NCBI GenBank assembly: GCA_951406725.2
Contig: OX597820.1
Coordinates: 116,684,001-116,748,000 of the forward strand
Direction: 5' to 3'
DNA: 64,000 nucleotides
Origin: Octopus vulgaris
Taxonomy: Eukaryota
Both the position numbers and the translations under genes were made by a program. Below the pieces are notes generated by a model. It saw nothing but the letters and a program-made list of their open reading frames with translations. It was not told where the DNA came from and did no database searches. Of this stretch, positions 38,309 to 50,440 are shown in pieces (position 1 is the first letter of the stretch; every line of letters starts with the position of its first letter).

Positions 38309-38698
38309 ACTCTTTTACTTGTTTCAGTCATTTCACTGCGGCCATGCTGGAGCACCGCCTTTAATCGAGCAACTCGATCCCGGGACTTATTCTTTTGTAA
38401 GCCCAGTACTTATTCTATCAGTCTCTTTTGCCGAACCGCTAAGTAACGGGGACATAAGCACACCAGCATCGGTTGTCAAGCAATGCTAGGGGACAAACAC
38501 AGACACACAAATACACACTCGCATACATATATACGACGGGCTTCTTTCAGTTTCCGTCTACCAAATCCACTCACAAGGCTTTGGTCGGCCCGAGGCTATA
38601 GTAGAAGACACTTGCCCAAGGTGCCACGCAGTGGGACTGAACCCGCAACCATGTGGTTGGTAGACAAGCTACTTACCACACAGCCACTCCTGCACCTA
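38309..38698 (-). mobile_element. Family A SINE, full length
   Basis: Complete reverse copy; head lies 55 bp from the tRNA-Val. Confidence 0.92.
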
Positions 38699-38705
38699 TA
38701 TATAC

Positions 38706-38738
<33 letters not shown>

Positions 38739-38752
38739 TCTCGATAACATCT

Positions 38753-38825
38753 GGTTCCATGATGTAGTGGTTATCACATCTGCCTAACACGCAGAAGGTT
38801 GGGGGTTCGAAGCTCGCTGGAACCT
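38753..38825 (+). tRNA. tRNA-Val(AAC) gene or recent pseudogene
   Basis: 73 nt; acceptor GGTTCCA/TGGAACC, D loop AGTGGTTA, anticodon stem TCTGC/GCAGA with loop CT-AAC-AC, T loop TTCGAAG; defects are A10:C25 and a G:G pair in the T stem (GGGGG/CTCGC). Confidence 0.8.
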
Positions 38826-39267
38826 ATCACTTTAAGGCGGCGAGCTGGCAGACGTTAGCGCGCCGGGCGAAATGCTTAGCGGTATTTCGTCTGTCCTTAC
38901 GTTGTGAGTTCAAATTACGCCGAGGTCGACTTTGCCTTTCGGGGTCGATAAAGTACCAGTTTCGCACTGGGTCGATGTAATCGAATGAATCCCTTTGTCT
39001 GCCCTTGTTTGTCCCGTCTATATTTAGCCCCTCGACACATCTAAAGACAAACATACACGGGCATAGGTGCGTCATGGAAAAGAATTGGCGAAAATCGGAA
39101 AGCATGGAGTTTTCGAAGGTTACAACGCCCTGGCGGCTAACAACCGACACGTGTCGTTTATTCCATGCTTCAGCAAATTTGAACACGTGAGACATGTTTA
39201 CGGAAGTAAAAGGTGCCGCACCTATTTTTGATCTTCCAAAGTGTGTCCACAGGTCACACACGCGCGC

Positions 39268-39302
<35 letters not shown>

Positions 39303-40007
39303 TGTGTGTGTCTCTCTCTCTCTCTCTCACGATTTGAGTTTCACACCAGAGTGACTTCACTGAAACTGGAGTCACGAGACAAACCATCAATACTGTGTGT
39401 GTGTGTGTGTGTATAAGTCAATGTGAGAAGTACACGTGAGCCTTATTGCAAAGAGCATTACAAGAGCTTTAGAGGGCCTTTGGTAAACTAGAAGAACTGC
39501 ACCAAGGAAAGATCAAAGAGACAACCGGGCCCAAGCGCACCTGTTGGCTATAGGTATCACCAAAGAAGTGTTCAGTATTAGTGAAAGAATGTATATTCGT
39601 TAGAAGCTGGTGCTTCACTCGGCAGATTCTCAGCTCATTGTTTGGTGAAATCCTTCGAGCAATAGCTGTGGGAGCAACTATATACACAAGACGCAGGGAC
39701 TTTATTGATGATATAGTTATTTCTCTGAACTTGCGAAAGAACCAAACTATTCTGATTAAGAGCACACGCAAGACTATCTGAGTGTGTACACCTGTTGTGA
39801 AGTAAAACGTTCGTCAAAGTGTTTCTTCGTAAATTCGAGTGTAGACAATTTTTTTAACTAGTGGCGGGTTTCTCCCATAAGACGGATGCAAAGAGGAAGA
39901 ACAAGTATCATTGTGTTAACCCAGTTTCATATAAACAAATTAGTGAAAACAAGAGAGAGAGAGAAATTAAAGAATAGAGAAGTAGTAAGGAGGGAGGAGA
40001 AGAGAAA
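38813..40007 (+). repeat. Source copy of a 1.2-kb local duplication
   Basis: Collinear and highly similar to 44619-45794. Confidence 0.92.
38833..39031 (+). mobile_element. Family B SINE lacking the end of its tail
   Basis: AAGGCGGCGAGCTGGCAG..TTTAGCCCCT; starts about 8 bp after the tRNA. Confidence 0.88.
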
Positions 40008-40400
40008 GTCGAGAGAGGGGAGGAGGAGGAGAGAGAAAGCGCAGCAAACGTCAAAGTCAGAAAAGAGAAGAAAAACCGATAGAGAGGGACAGACGAAGAA
40101 AGAGAAAGAGTAAGAGGAGGAGGAGAACCAAAAGAACGAGAGGAGGAAGAGAACCAAAAGAACGAGAGGAGCAGAAAGAGATGGAGAGAGAAAAACAGAA
40201 ATATATTGAGAGAGAGAAAAACAAGAAGAGGCGAAAAGAAAGAGACAAGTAGAGAGAGGGAGGAGGAGGAAGAAGAAAAGAAAAAGCTAAGTAGACAGAG
40301 AGAGAATGAAAAGAAGACGAGGAGGAAGAAATAGAAGAAAGAAGCAGAATGAAGAAGTGTGGAAAAGACAGGGAGGCAAAAAACGAGATGACAGGAAACA
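39950..40400. repeat. GA-rich low-complexity tract
   Basis: Purine-rich, includes a short repeat GAGAACCAAAAGAACGAGAGGAG x2. Confidence 0.85.
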
Positions 40401-43400
40401 AAGGGTTCGGTTACATTTTTGAGAGGACTTCGGTGGTTGATGATAGATCTAGGTTAGGTTCATCCATTTAGAAAAATGTTCCATTTACTGTAAACGTGAA
40501 CATCAGAGTAAATAAATAAGTGGAGGATGTGTCGTGGGGGAGGAAGCGGAGAAAACAGCCAAGGCTGGTCTTCTTAATTTAGTAATAATGGACGAGGAAA
40601 CTGTAGCGAGAGAGACCAACAGATTGGTAGTCTGTGAACACGAAGAAAATAGAAAAGGCAGTCGAGTATTTTACATATACACACAGGGTTTTTTTTCTTC
40701 TTTTCTTCTCTATTGGTTTCAATCGTAGGACAGAGACCAGGCTGGAGCACCGCCTTATATAAGCACACGCAAGGTATAATATAGTAATTCCGCGTGTGTG
40801 TGTGTGTGCTAAATGCTAAGTTCGATAAATAATAATAATAATAATGATGGCTTCTTAATTGACCACAAGAGACTTAATTGACCATTAATTAAAACAAAGA
40901 ACGTGTGTGTTGTTTTGAGGGTTTTAATGGATAACAGAAACTCCGGCCGCAAAAACAGTAAAAATGTACATTTTAGCCTAGAAATTATTTAATCAACAGC
41001 ATTTATGTTGTTCTGTTCAAATTCAGTGCAGAGAGTTATTAAAATAGGTTAGAACAGTCAAGAACTGGTTTCGATTTAATCAAGATGTGTGGTAAACCTT
41101 ATTCCACCGAATACTGTGTTTTTGAATTCGATGTGCATTCTTTATAAAGATTCTAACGCTAATGTTTTATCATTTTTATTTTTTATTTATGGAGTATTAT
41201 AAAGATGTTGCAAGGTGACGGGTATTAAGAGACTGAACGAAAATGCATTTCAATAGGGATAAACAAAAGGATGAGAATGACAGAAGGAGGGGAAGAAAAA
41301 AAAAAAGATTTGCCTTCAATCGATGTTAAACTAGGATTGAAAGAAAAGCGGGTGGAAATGTCAGCGGGTGCTTGCGGAGAGAGAGAGAAGTCGAGTGTCA
41401 AAATTGACGTTTATTAGTTGGAGAGCTTTTTTAAAAAACACCCTCCTATTGTCACACAGACATTCCCACACAACTACGTATTTTAGATTAGTTTCTTTGT
41501 TAAGTTTTTTTTTTATAAGATCAAATATTATTTATCCGTTCATGCTAGAAACACTTTTGTTGTTTCGTTTTTTTTTTTGTGCTTTTCTCTGTACCAAATT
41601 AGTTTAAGAACAAAGGACGAATTCGCCACCCACAGAGAAATTCTGATGACACGGAAGGTACCAGCTGATAGAGGTGGTGTACGTGCGTATACAATACAAT
41701 ACAATACGGATAAAAATCACGGGAATTTAAAAGAAAGCATCGTTTTCAATTGCGGCAAAGTGATTCAAAATATCAAAATAGAAGTTCCCTCACACACACG
41801 CTTAGAAAAAATTATCCTCCAATCGCACGCACACGTGCGTGCTTGAGGGGCTTGAATAAACATAATCCCATTTATATAGCAAGTTAGTGACCCGGTGTCA
41901 ATTACAGTTGAAACCATTTCACTTGACACACATTACCAACCAGTTTGTACTTACTAAGAAGGGCATGGTCAACGTCGTCATCTCATTTCCTTCCATTATG
42001 AAGCCATCCCAAATTCGACTTTTTTTTTTTTTATCGCTGAGAAGCAAGTTGAGTTTTGTGTTTGATTATGCAATTTCTAGAACAAATAAAATCATACTTT
42101 TTTTTTTTTTTACGTCGGATAAAAATGCCTCTAGTATACAAAAGAGATGGCTACGGCTGAAGTTCCTTCGGCCTTGATAAGAGCTAATTGAAATAGGATG
42201 GAACACTAAATAAAGAACAGTGATTCACAGAGAAGGCATGTAAGACTGACGTTAGTGGCTTTCTCAGATGGTCAGAGACGACAATGACCTCAATCAGAAG
42301 ATAAGCAACGTACTATACAATCTATATACTGTACTTTCTAACGTCAAAATTTATAATACGTATGACATGTGAATAAAAAAATGTGTGCGTAGGAAGTGAG
42401 TTTAGTATCAAGACAAGCCTGCTCACATCGATACGTGTGTGTGTGTGTGTGTGTGTCAACAGGTAAGCGTAAAAATTCGATTAAATAATATGATCCGGCA
42501 AGACAGAATTGAGCAATGAAATCACAGTAAAATAGGTGTTGAGTCATTTTGCAGGCCGATATATAGTATATGACTGAGAAGTAAAAAGCTTTTAAAAACT
42601 CGTCATCAAAAAGGAAAACATGACGTGACAATGGAAAAAAGTCTGATCAAATAAGGAAATATGAATAGAATGGCAGTTTTATTTATCAACACCTCAATTG
42701 TCACCGAGTAGACAAGTGAACATTCATAAGTCCGTTCAACATTCAACTAAAGTTATTGGACAAATCACTCTCTTTTAAAGAGGCGTACGTTGGATAATAT
42801 AGTCTTTGGTATACAATAGATGAGGTGGTCACGGCCTAAATTTCTTTGACCATAGTTCCACTTGACCTGAGCTAAGTGAAATGGGGGTTAATAATCACTT
42901 AAGAACAATGATTAAGACCAATAAATTTCAGTCGTTCCTCGTATTTTAACGATGGCAGCAGTTTTTATCGAAACAGACTGAATTCCTAGAATTAGGCAGA
43001 CAAACGCCTTAAGTTCTCAAACTGTTACATTTTTGAAGAAGGGAGAACTTAATAATTGGATGTAAATTTTTAATGGTTTTAAGCACAATAGACCCTGTGA
43101 CCATTTTCTCAGTTTCCAAGATTGGAATGTGGCCTGTTGGTTACGCAAAGTGGTGCATTTCAAAGCACCACATTCCATGTTATTGTTCCAGCCACTTGGT
43201 GGCAAACGTGTAATGGAGTGGCATCCCATCCAGGGAGGTGGGTGTTATGATCTCACTCATTTTAACACCATGGAATCGAGGCAACTGGCTCTAAGAGTCC
43301 TAAGATTCAACAGTCCGAGGGTTGACTATAATGGTGAGGACTGAGAGGACAGAGTTATCCTAGGACTGGAGATCTGGTCCAAATGCTAAGGACCCATGGA

Positions 43401-43729
43401 TCAAGTCTGCAGGGTTCAATTGTCTAATCTCCAATGTGTCACAGGTTTTATGTTTGTTACAAAACAAGTAAGTTTTGCTTTGTTGTTTTGGAGGGGGGGA
43501 TGTTTAGGGGAAAGAATAGATTACTTGCTCGGTTGACCTCTCAGAGATATGAAATGTAAAATGTGACCAGAGTAAGATTTGAACTTAGATGTTAGAACAT
43601 AACTGATTGATATTTTGTGTCAGCAACTTCAATTACAATGACATGAAGACCTGTTGAAGGAAGAGTAAAATCAATCAGTACTTTATTTTATCAACCCCAG
43701 AAAAATATAAAGTTGACGAAACAACGCAC

Positions 43730-44250
43730 ACAGCTAAAGTATGTTGAAACTAAATCTAGTGGAGGTTTGCATAGCGATTGTTATGTACATAAAAAATCTT
43801 TTAAAAGTTTTCATCTCCTAGTCTCTCTCTTTCTCTCTCTCATGGTGACAATATCTTAAGCATTATTCTTCATGCAACTTACAGATTTGGTATGACATCC
43901 TGTTACATGCTACAACTGATAAATCTAACACTTCATATCAGAAGAGTTACGTCTCCAGGAAATGATTCTATTGCAATATCCAGTTCACTGAAGAGACCAC
44001 ATCCTTTATTTAATGCCACATTTTTATTTATTTTGCTACCTTCACTTGGCCTTGAAATCTTGACCTACAAATCTCAGTTTGTAGTACTTGAAAATCTACA
44101 TTTACAATTGAAACTTTGTAATTATCCAAATGTATCTGCTAAAGAATCAATAGCTGTGTCCAATAATGAATCTTCTGACTCAAATTCCCAATTAATTTAC
44201 ATAATAAAATCATTACTAATAACAAATTAATGTTATTTCAATAGCTTTCC
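43730..44250 (-). pseudogene. Possible highly degraded hAT transposase C-terminal region
   Basis: Minus-strand fragments in expected order: LDTAIDSLADTFG*LQSF, GCGLFSEL, PNL*VA*RIMLKI..VT. Confidence 0.45.
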
Positions 44251-44618
44251 AAACAACATTTTGACTGCCAAGATCGAGTTTCAAAATCCATTACAATACA
44301 CTCAATCAACAAACAACTTTAAATGTTAAGCATGGATGGTGTGCAGTTTGGTAGTTGTATCTCTGAAGCTACATGGTTTGATATGGATATAAACACATTG
44401 TTTCTCTGGGATTGGTCAAGTGATAAGATCCCAATAAGGGTTGGGAATTAAGGATGTTCATAATTTTTTTAATCTTCAGAGAAATAGATACATTCAGCAT
44501 GGTTGTATTTTTACTGTGGAGGATAAGCATATTAAAGTTATATATAAGTAGATCCTGATAAAATAAGAACCAGGATTAAAAAGAAGTTTTAGGGTCGATT
44601 CATTTAACCAAAATTCAA

Positions 44619-45794
44619 CTCGCTGGAACCTGTCATTTTAAGGCGGCGAGCTGGCAGACACGTTAGCGCGCCGGGCGAAATGCTTAGCGGTATTTCGTCT
44701 GTCCTTACGTTGTGAGTTCAAATTCCGCCGAGGTCAACTTTGCCTTTCGGGGTCGATAAAGTACCAGTTTCGCACTGGGTCGATGTAATCGAATTAATCC
44801 CTTTGTCTATCCTTGTTTGTCCCCTCTATGTTTAGCCCCTCGACATATCTAAAGACGAACATACACGGGCATAGGTGCGTCATGGAAAAGAATTGGCGAA
44901 AATCGGAAAGCATGGAGTTTTCGAAGGTTACAACGCCCTGGCGGCTAACAACCGACATGTGTCGTTTATTCCATGCTTCAGCAAATTTGAACACGTGAGA
45001 CATGTTTACGGAAGTAAAAGGTGCCGCACCTATTTTTGATCTTCCAAAGTGTGACCACAGGTCATACGCGCGTGTGTGTGTGCGTGTGTCTCTCTCTCTC
45101 TCTCTCTCATGACTTGAAATTCACACCAGAGTGACTTCACTGAAACTGGAGTCACGAGACAAACCATCAACATTGTGTGTGTGTGTGTGTGTATAAGTCA
45201 ATGTGAGAAGTACACGTAAGCCTTATTACAAAGAGCATTACAAGAGCTTTAGAGGGCCTTTGGTAAATTAGAAGAACTGCACCAAGGAAAGATCAAAGAG
45301 ACAACCGGCCCAAGCGCACCTGTTGGCTATAGGTATCACCAAAGAAGTGTTCAGTATTAGTGAAAGAATGTATATTCGTTAGAAGCTGGTGCTTCACGCG
45401 GCAGATTCTCAGCTCATTGTTTGGTGAAATCCTTCGAGCAATAGCTGTGGGAGCAACTATATACACAAGATGCAGGGACTTTATTGACTTTATTTAGTTA
45501 TTTCTCTGAACTTGCGAAAGAACCAAACTATTCTGATTAAGAGCACACGCAAGACTATCTGAGTGTGTATACCTGTTGTGAAGTAAAACGTTCGTCAAAG
45601 TGTTTCTTTGTAAATTCGAGTGTAGACAATTTTTTAAACTAGTGGCGGGTTTCTCCCATAAGATGGATGCAAAGAGGAAGAACAAGTATCATTGTGTTAA
45701 CCCAGTTTCATATAAACAAATTAGTGAAAACAAGAGAGAGAGAGAGAGAGAAATTAAAGAATAGAGAAGTAGTAAGGAGGGAGGAGAAGAGAAA
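44619..45794 (+). repeat. Derived copy of the 1.2-kb duplication, including the tRNA 3' end and a family B SINE
   Basis: Starts CTCGCTGGAACC (last tRNA bases), ends GAGGAGAAGAGAAA. Confidence 0.92.
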
Positions 45795-46443
45795 TAGATT
45801 TTGCCTCAACCATGCAAAATAATCAAAAGAAGAGAAAATAGTTTACTAAAATTTCAGGAGGCTGTTTACTGTGATGCAGTTTCTGGTTGTTGAGTCTTAA
45901 CAAGTGACTGCAAGATTAATAACTACAACATCATCATTGTCATCATTTAACATCCGCTTTCCATGCTGGCATGCATTGAACAGTTTAACAGGGACTCTGA
46001 CTTACAAAAGCTCTCATTTCCAAGTACTCTGTACTCTAATTTCAAATCCAACAAAGATTAAATGAATCTGTCATTCTTCCAGAATCGATACAATTGTTAG
46101 CGCATCAGCCAAAGTACAAAAATGGTAAACATGGTACCAAGCAATAAACAGAGATCAAACTGCTCCAGAGGTTTGCAAAACCAAAGATGTTATTTTGCCA
46201 GTGATAGTTTGATTTTCTTCATAAATCTAAAGGACAAATACTTAACTATTGTTTCAGGCCATAAAAATGCTCAGCAAATGCTTGTAAATCAGTTCCCCAT
46301 TTCTCTTTGCCTTGCAAATGACAAGGTCACAGTCATCAACAGAATTGTTTCATTGTCAATGTTTTTCTCTCCAATGCATATTGGATATTCTGGCATTTAG
46401 GTTAAAGTCTGTCTTTCTTTTTATATGTGGTCTGCTGTATAAA

Positions 46444-46881
46444 AGTATTGCTTTTCTACTCTAGGCACGAGGCCTGAAATTTTGGGGGAGGGGGCCAGCC
46501 AATTAGATTGACCCTAGTATGCAACTGGTACTTAATTTATCAACTTCGAAAGGAGAAAAGGCAAAGTCAACCTCGGCAGAATTTGAACTCAGAATGTAAA
46601 GACAGATGAAATACTGCTAAGCACTTTGCCTGGTGTGCTAACGTCTCTTATTTCTTTACTGCCCACAAGGGGCTAAACATAGAGGGGACAAACAAGGACA
46701 GACAAAGAGATTAAGTCTATTACATCGACCCCCAGTGCGTAACTGGTACTTAATTTATCGGCCTCAAAAGGATGAAAGGTAAAGTCAACCTTGGCGGAAT
46801 TTGAACTCAGAACGTAAAGACAGACGAAATACCACTAAGCATTTCGCCCAGTATGCTAACGTTTCTGCCAGCTTGCTGTCT
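46444..46881 (-). mobile_element. Head-to-tail family B pair (B1 tail then B2 tail) within one TSD
   Basis: 11-bp TSD TGCTGTATAAA at 46433-46443 and 46882-46892; internal junction near 46645. Confidence 0.8.
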
Positions 46882-47179
46882 TGCTGTATAAATATATTGC
46901 ATCAGTAGCTTCTGACACTGTTATTTCAGAAAGCAATTGGAAGTTCAAAATAAAATATACAGTGTAACAATGGTTTCTGACAACTTGTTTATCAGATTTG
47001 ATCATCACTGATTCAGGATAACATGATACACTCCGTTGTGAACCATATTATGTTCATCATTGATTGATCTGTAATAACATGGGTCAATACTGAGTCAAAG
47101 ATTCTACTTGGAGCATAAAAACATGCCCCAGTGACCGTTTCCAAAGCTCAGGTGTTCAGAATGCAACAAGCACAAGAAT

Positions 47180-47528
47180 GCTTCCCAACCACATGGTTCT
47201 GGGTTCAGTCCCACTGCGTGGTACCTTGGGCAAGTGTCTTCTACTATAGCCTCAGGCCGACCAAAGCCTTGTGAGAGGATTTGGTAGACGGAAACTGAAA
47301 GAAGCTGGTCATCTATATTTGTGTGTGTGTGTGTTTATCCCCTACCACTGCCTGGCAACTGGTAATGTTGTGTTTATGTCCCCATAACTTAGCAGTTTGG
47401 CCAAAGATCCTGATAAAATAAGAACCAGGATTAAAAAGAAGTTTTAGGGTCGATTCATTTGACCAAAATTTGAGGTGATGCCCCAGCATGGCCGTAGTCT
47501 AATGACTGAAACAAGTAAAAGAAAAGAA
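47180..47528 (+). mobile_element. Family A SINE, 5'-truncated and diverged
   Basis: CCAACCACATGGTTCTGGGTTCAGTCCCAC..GAAACAAGTAAAAG. Confidence 0.8.
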
Positions 47529-47615
47529 GATATGAGTTTTGTTTGTATTGTGTTGTGAGGCTGCTTATGTTTTTTATACAGATTTATGTACTTGATTGAA
47601 GCCATCAACAGGGGA

Positions 47616-47789
47616 ACTGTGGCCATGCTGGGGCAACACCTTGAAGAATTTTTAGTCAAATGGATCAACCCTGATACTTTTTTTTTTAAGCCTGCTATCT
47701 ATTGTATTGGTTTCTTTTTGTTGAACTGCTTAGTAATAGGGACAGAAACAAACCAACATCAGTTGTGAAGCAGTGGTGTGAGAGACACA
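47616..47789 (-). repeat. 174-bp near-identical copy of 49895-50069 (old SINE fragment)
   Basis: Both share the same private divergences, e.g. CCTGCTATCTATTGTATTGG and CAGTTGTGAAGCAGTGGTGTGAGAGACACA. Confidence 0.88.
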
Positions 47790-48167
47790 GCGAAGCGAAA
47801 AACAAATACAAAGGCGTTTGATCCAAACAAACAATGCCGGCAAGTGTACTCTTTACAGGAAAAAAAGTATAGAGGATCAGAAAGACATGTGATGGTGGAG
47901 TGTTTGCTGACGTGAGCCGTGGGTTTGGTGTCAATGAATCTTCTATTCATTCCATTTATAAAGTGCATGGAGAAGATACATTTATCATTGTGTTTTGGGG
48001 GGGAACTAAACCCACGTGAAAAATGGAAATAGATGTGTGTGCGTGTATGGAAGCACAAGTATTCCCAAAATAACAGTATAAAATGAAAGATCTACATTAT
48101 GAAACATAGGGATTTTCTTTTGTGTATAAAAATATATCTTATATTGTGACAACAATTAACACATGTA

Positions 48168-48398
48168 GAGGCGCAATGGCCTAGTGGTTAGGGCAGCGGA
48201 CTCGCGGTCGCAGGATCGCGGTTTCGATTCTCAGACCGGGCGTTGTGTGTGTTTATTGAGCGAAAACACCTAAAAGCTCTACGAGGCTCCGGCAGGGGGT
48301 GGTGATCCCTGCTGTACTCTTTCACCACAATGGCGGTGCCCCAGCATGGCCACAGCTCAAGAGCTGAAACTGGAAAAACAAACAAAAACAAAACAAAC
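48168..48398 (+). mobile_element. tRNA-Arg-like SINE, short form (OR-family-like)
   Basis: GAGGCGCAATGGCCTAGTGGTTAGGGCAGCGGACTCGCGG..GGTTTCGATTC..CAGCATGGCCACAGC..(AAAAC)n. Confidence 0.9.
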
Positions 48399-48614
48399 AT
48401 ATCTGTCTGGCCTAGCGGTCAGGTGACTGTCGTAGCCAGCTCATAAAATAATAGCTGAAATGCTTAACACATCTAGAAGCATTTCAGCTGGAGTGCGTTG
48501 TGGCTGTTTAGCCCAAGGTCAGTCCCGACAGAACAGGTCAATGATCAAAGATATTCCAACCAGCACCATCTCATCTTATATTAAAAAACTGTGACTAGAA
48601 CCACATTGGGTCAT

Positions 48615-49012
48615 TTTTCTTTTACTTGTTTCAGTCATTTTGACTGCGGCCATGCTGGAGCACCGCCTTTAGTCGAGCAACTCGACCCCGGGACTTATTC
48701 TTTTTGTAAGCCCAGTACTTATTCTATCGGTCTCTTTTGCCAAACTGCTAAGTAATGGGGACATAAACAAACCAGCATCGGTTGTCAAGCAATGCTAGGG
48801 GAACAAACACAGACACACAAACAAACACACATACATATATATATATATATATATGACAGGCTTCTTTCAGTTTCCGTCTACCAAATCCACTCACAAGGCA
48901 TTGGTCGGCCCGGGGCTATAGCAGAAGACACTTGCCCAAGATGCCACGCAGTGGGACTGAACCCGGAACCATGTGGTTGGTTAGCAAGCTACTTACCACA
49001 CAGCCACTCCTG
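48615..49012 (-). mobile_element. Family A SINE, followed by an older copy at about 49020-49370
   Basis: Complete reverse copy. Confidence 0.9.
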
Positions 49013-50440
49013 TTCCTCCTACTTGTTTCAATCATTGAGCTTTGGCCATACTGGTGCACCACCTTTAAGGGCTGAGTGAAACAAATCAAACCAAGTGCTT
49101 ACTTCTAAGTTTGGTACTTATGCTATCAGTCAATTTTGTCGAAACACTGAGGGAACACAAACAAACAAGCACCGGCTGTTAAGCAGTGGACAAACTGACG
49201 CACACATATACGATGGGCTTCCATATATTATTTGTCAACCAGATCCACTGACAAGGCTTTGGTTGGCCGGGCCACAGTAGAAGACACCCAGGGTGCCATG
49301 CAGCGGGACCGAACCCAAAACTCCCAAAACTACTAAGTTTTTTAACCACACACACACAAGCCTATGTCTATTTCTATAGTCTTTTTTTTTACTTTAACGA
49401 TAGTTGGATATGACTTCAGAAAGATTTAGCTGCTCTTTCTAGCACATGAAACAAACCACGTAGTTGCCCATATTGGCTGACATTCTGTTGGGTTTTCCTG
49501 AATGCTAATAACCTGATATTCTCTGAACAATCTTTACTATTCATAGAGCCACCAATCAACTTTCCATCTTGTCAACAGGATGCTCAACTTACCTGGCAAA
49601 GCTGATAATGGGAATTTTATGACTCGTTAAACTACAAGGCGTGACTGTGTTAAAGGAACTGGATTTCCAACCAGGTGACTTCAGGTTCAGCCCCATTGTG
49701 TGACATCTTGTCCAAGTGTCTCCTACTATGGTACCAAGCTGTCCAAAGACTTGTGAACGGATTTGGGAGATGGAAACTGAAAGAAGCCTCTGTGTGTGAG
49801 TGGGTGTGTGTATGTGTATATAAATATATATATATATACATACATACACACACACACATGTATATATGTATCTTGTACTTGTTTCAGTCACTGGACTGTG
49901 GCCATGCTGGGGCAACACCTTGAAGAATTTTTAGTCAAATGGATCTACCCTGATACTTTTTTTTTTAAGCCTGCTATCTATTGTATTGGTCTCTTTTTTG
50001 TTGAACTGCTTAGTAATAGGGACAGAAACAAACCAACATCAGTTGTGAAGCAGTGGTGTGAGAGACACAAAAATCTAGATACATACACAATGGGCTTTCT
50101 CCAGTTTCCAACAACGAAATCCACTCACAACACTCTGGTCAGCCTGGGGCTATAGTTGAAAACCCTTGTCTGGCCATGGGGAAATATTATTACCTTACTT
50201 GAAGATAGATGAGAGTTGGTGATTGGAAGAGCATCCAGCCATAGAAAATCTGCTTCAACAAAGCATGGAAAAGTGGATGCTAAAAGTGAATTAATTTCAG
50301 ACTTATAAGCCATACATATTAACATATATTATTCAAGTTGGTACTGCTGCTACATAGATTAATACCACTGCTATTATATAATTAGATTTTCAGTTATATA
50401 GATTAACCTACAGAGTTAAAATTGCCTTCAGCATAACATA

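Noticed and set aside
39886-40401. Charged or hydrophobic ORFs on both strands
   Set aside because: GA-rich low-complexity DNA with no domain signal
40534-40728. Short ORF MDEETVARETNRLVVCEHEE in the CpG-retaining region
   Set aside because: No recognisable domain or good splice donor; runs into T-rich sequence
45830-47160. Complex sequence that might be a decayed transposase
   Set aside because: I could not recognise any motif; needs a translated HMM search
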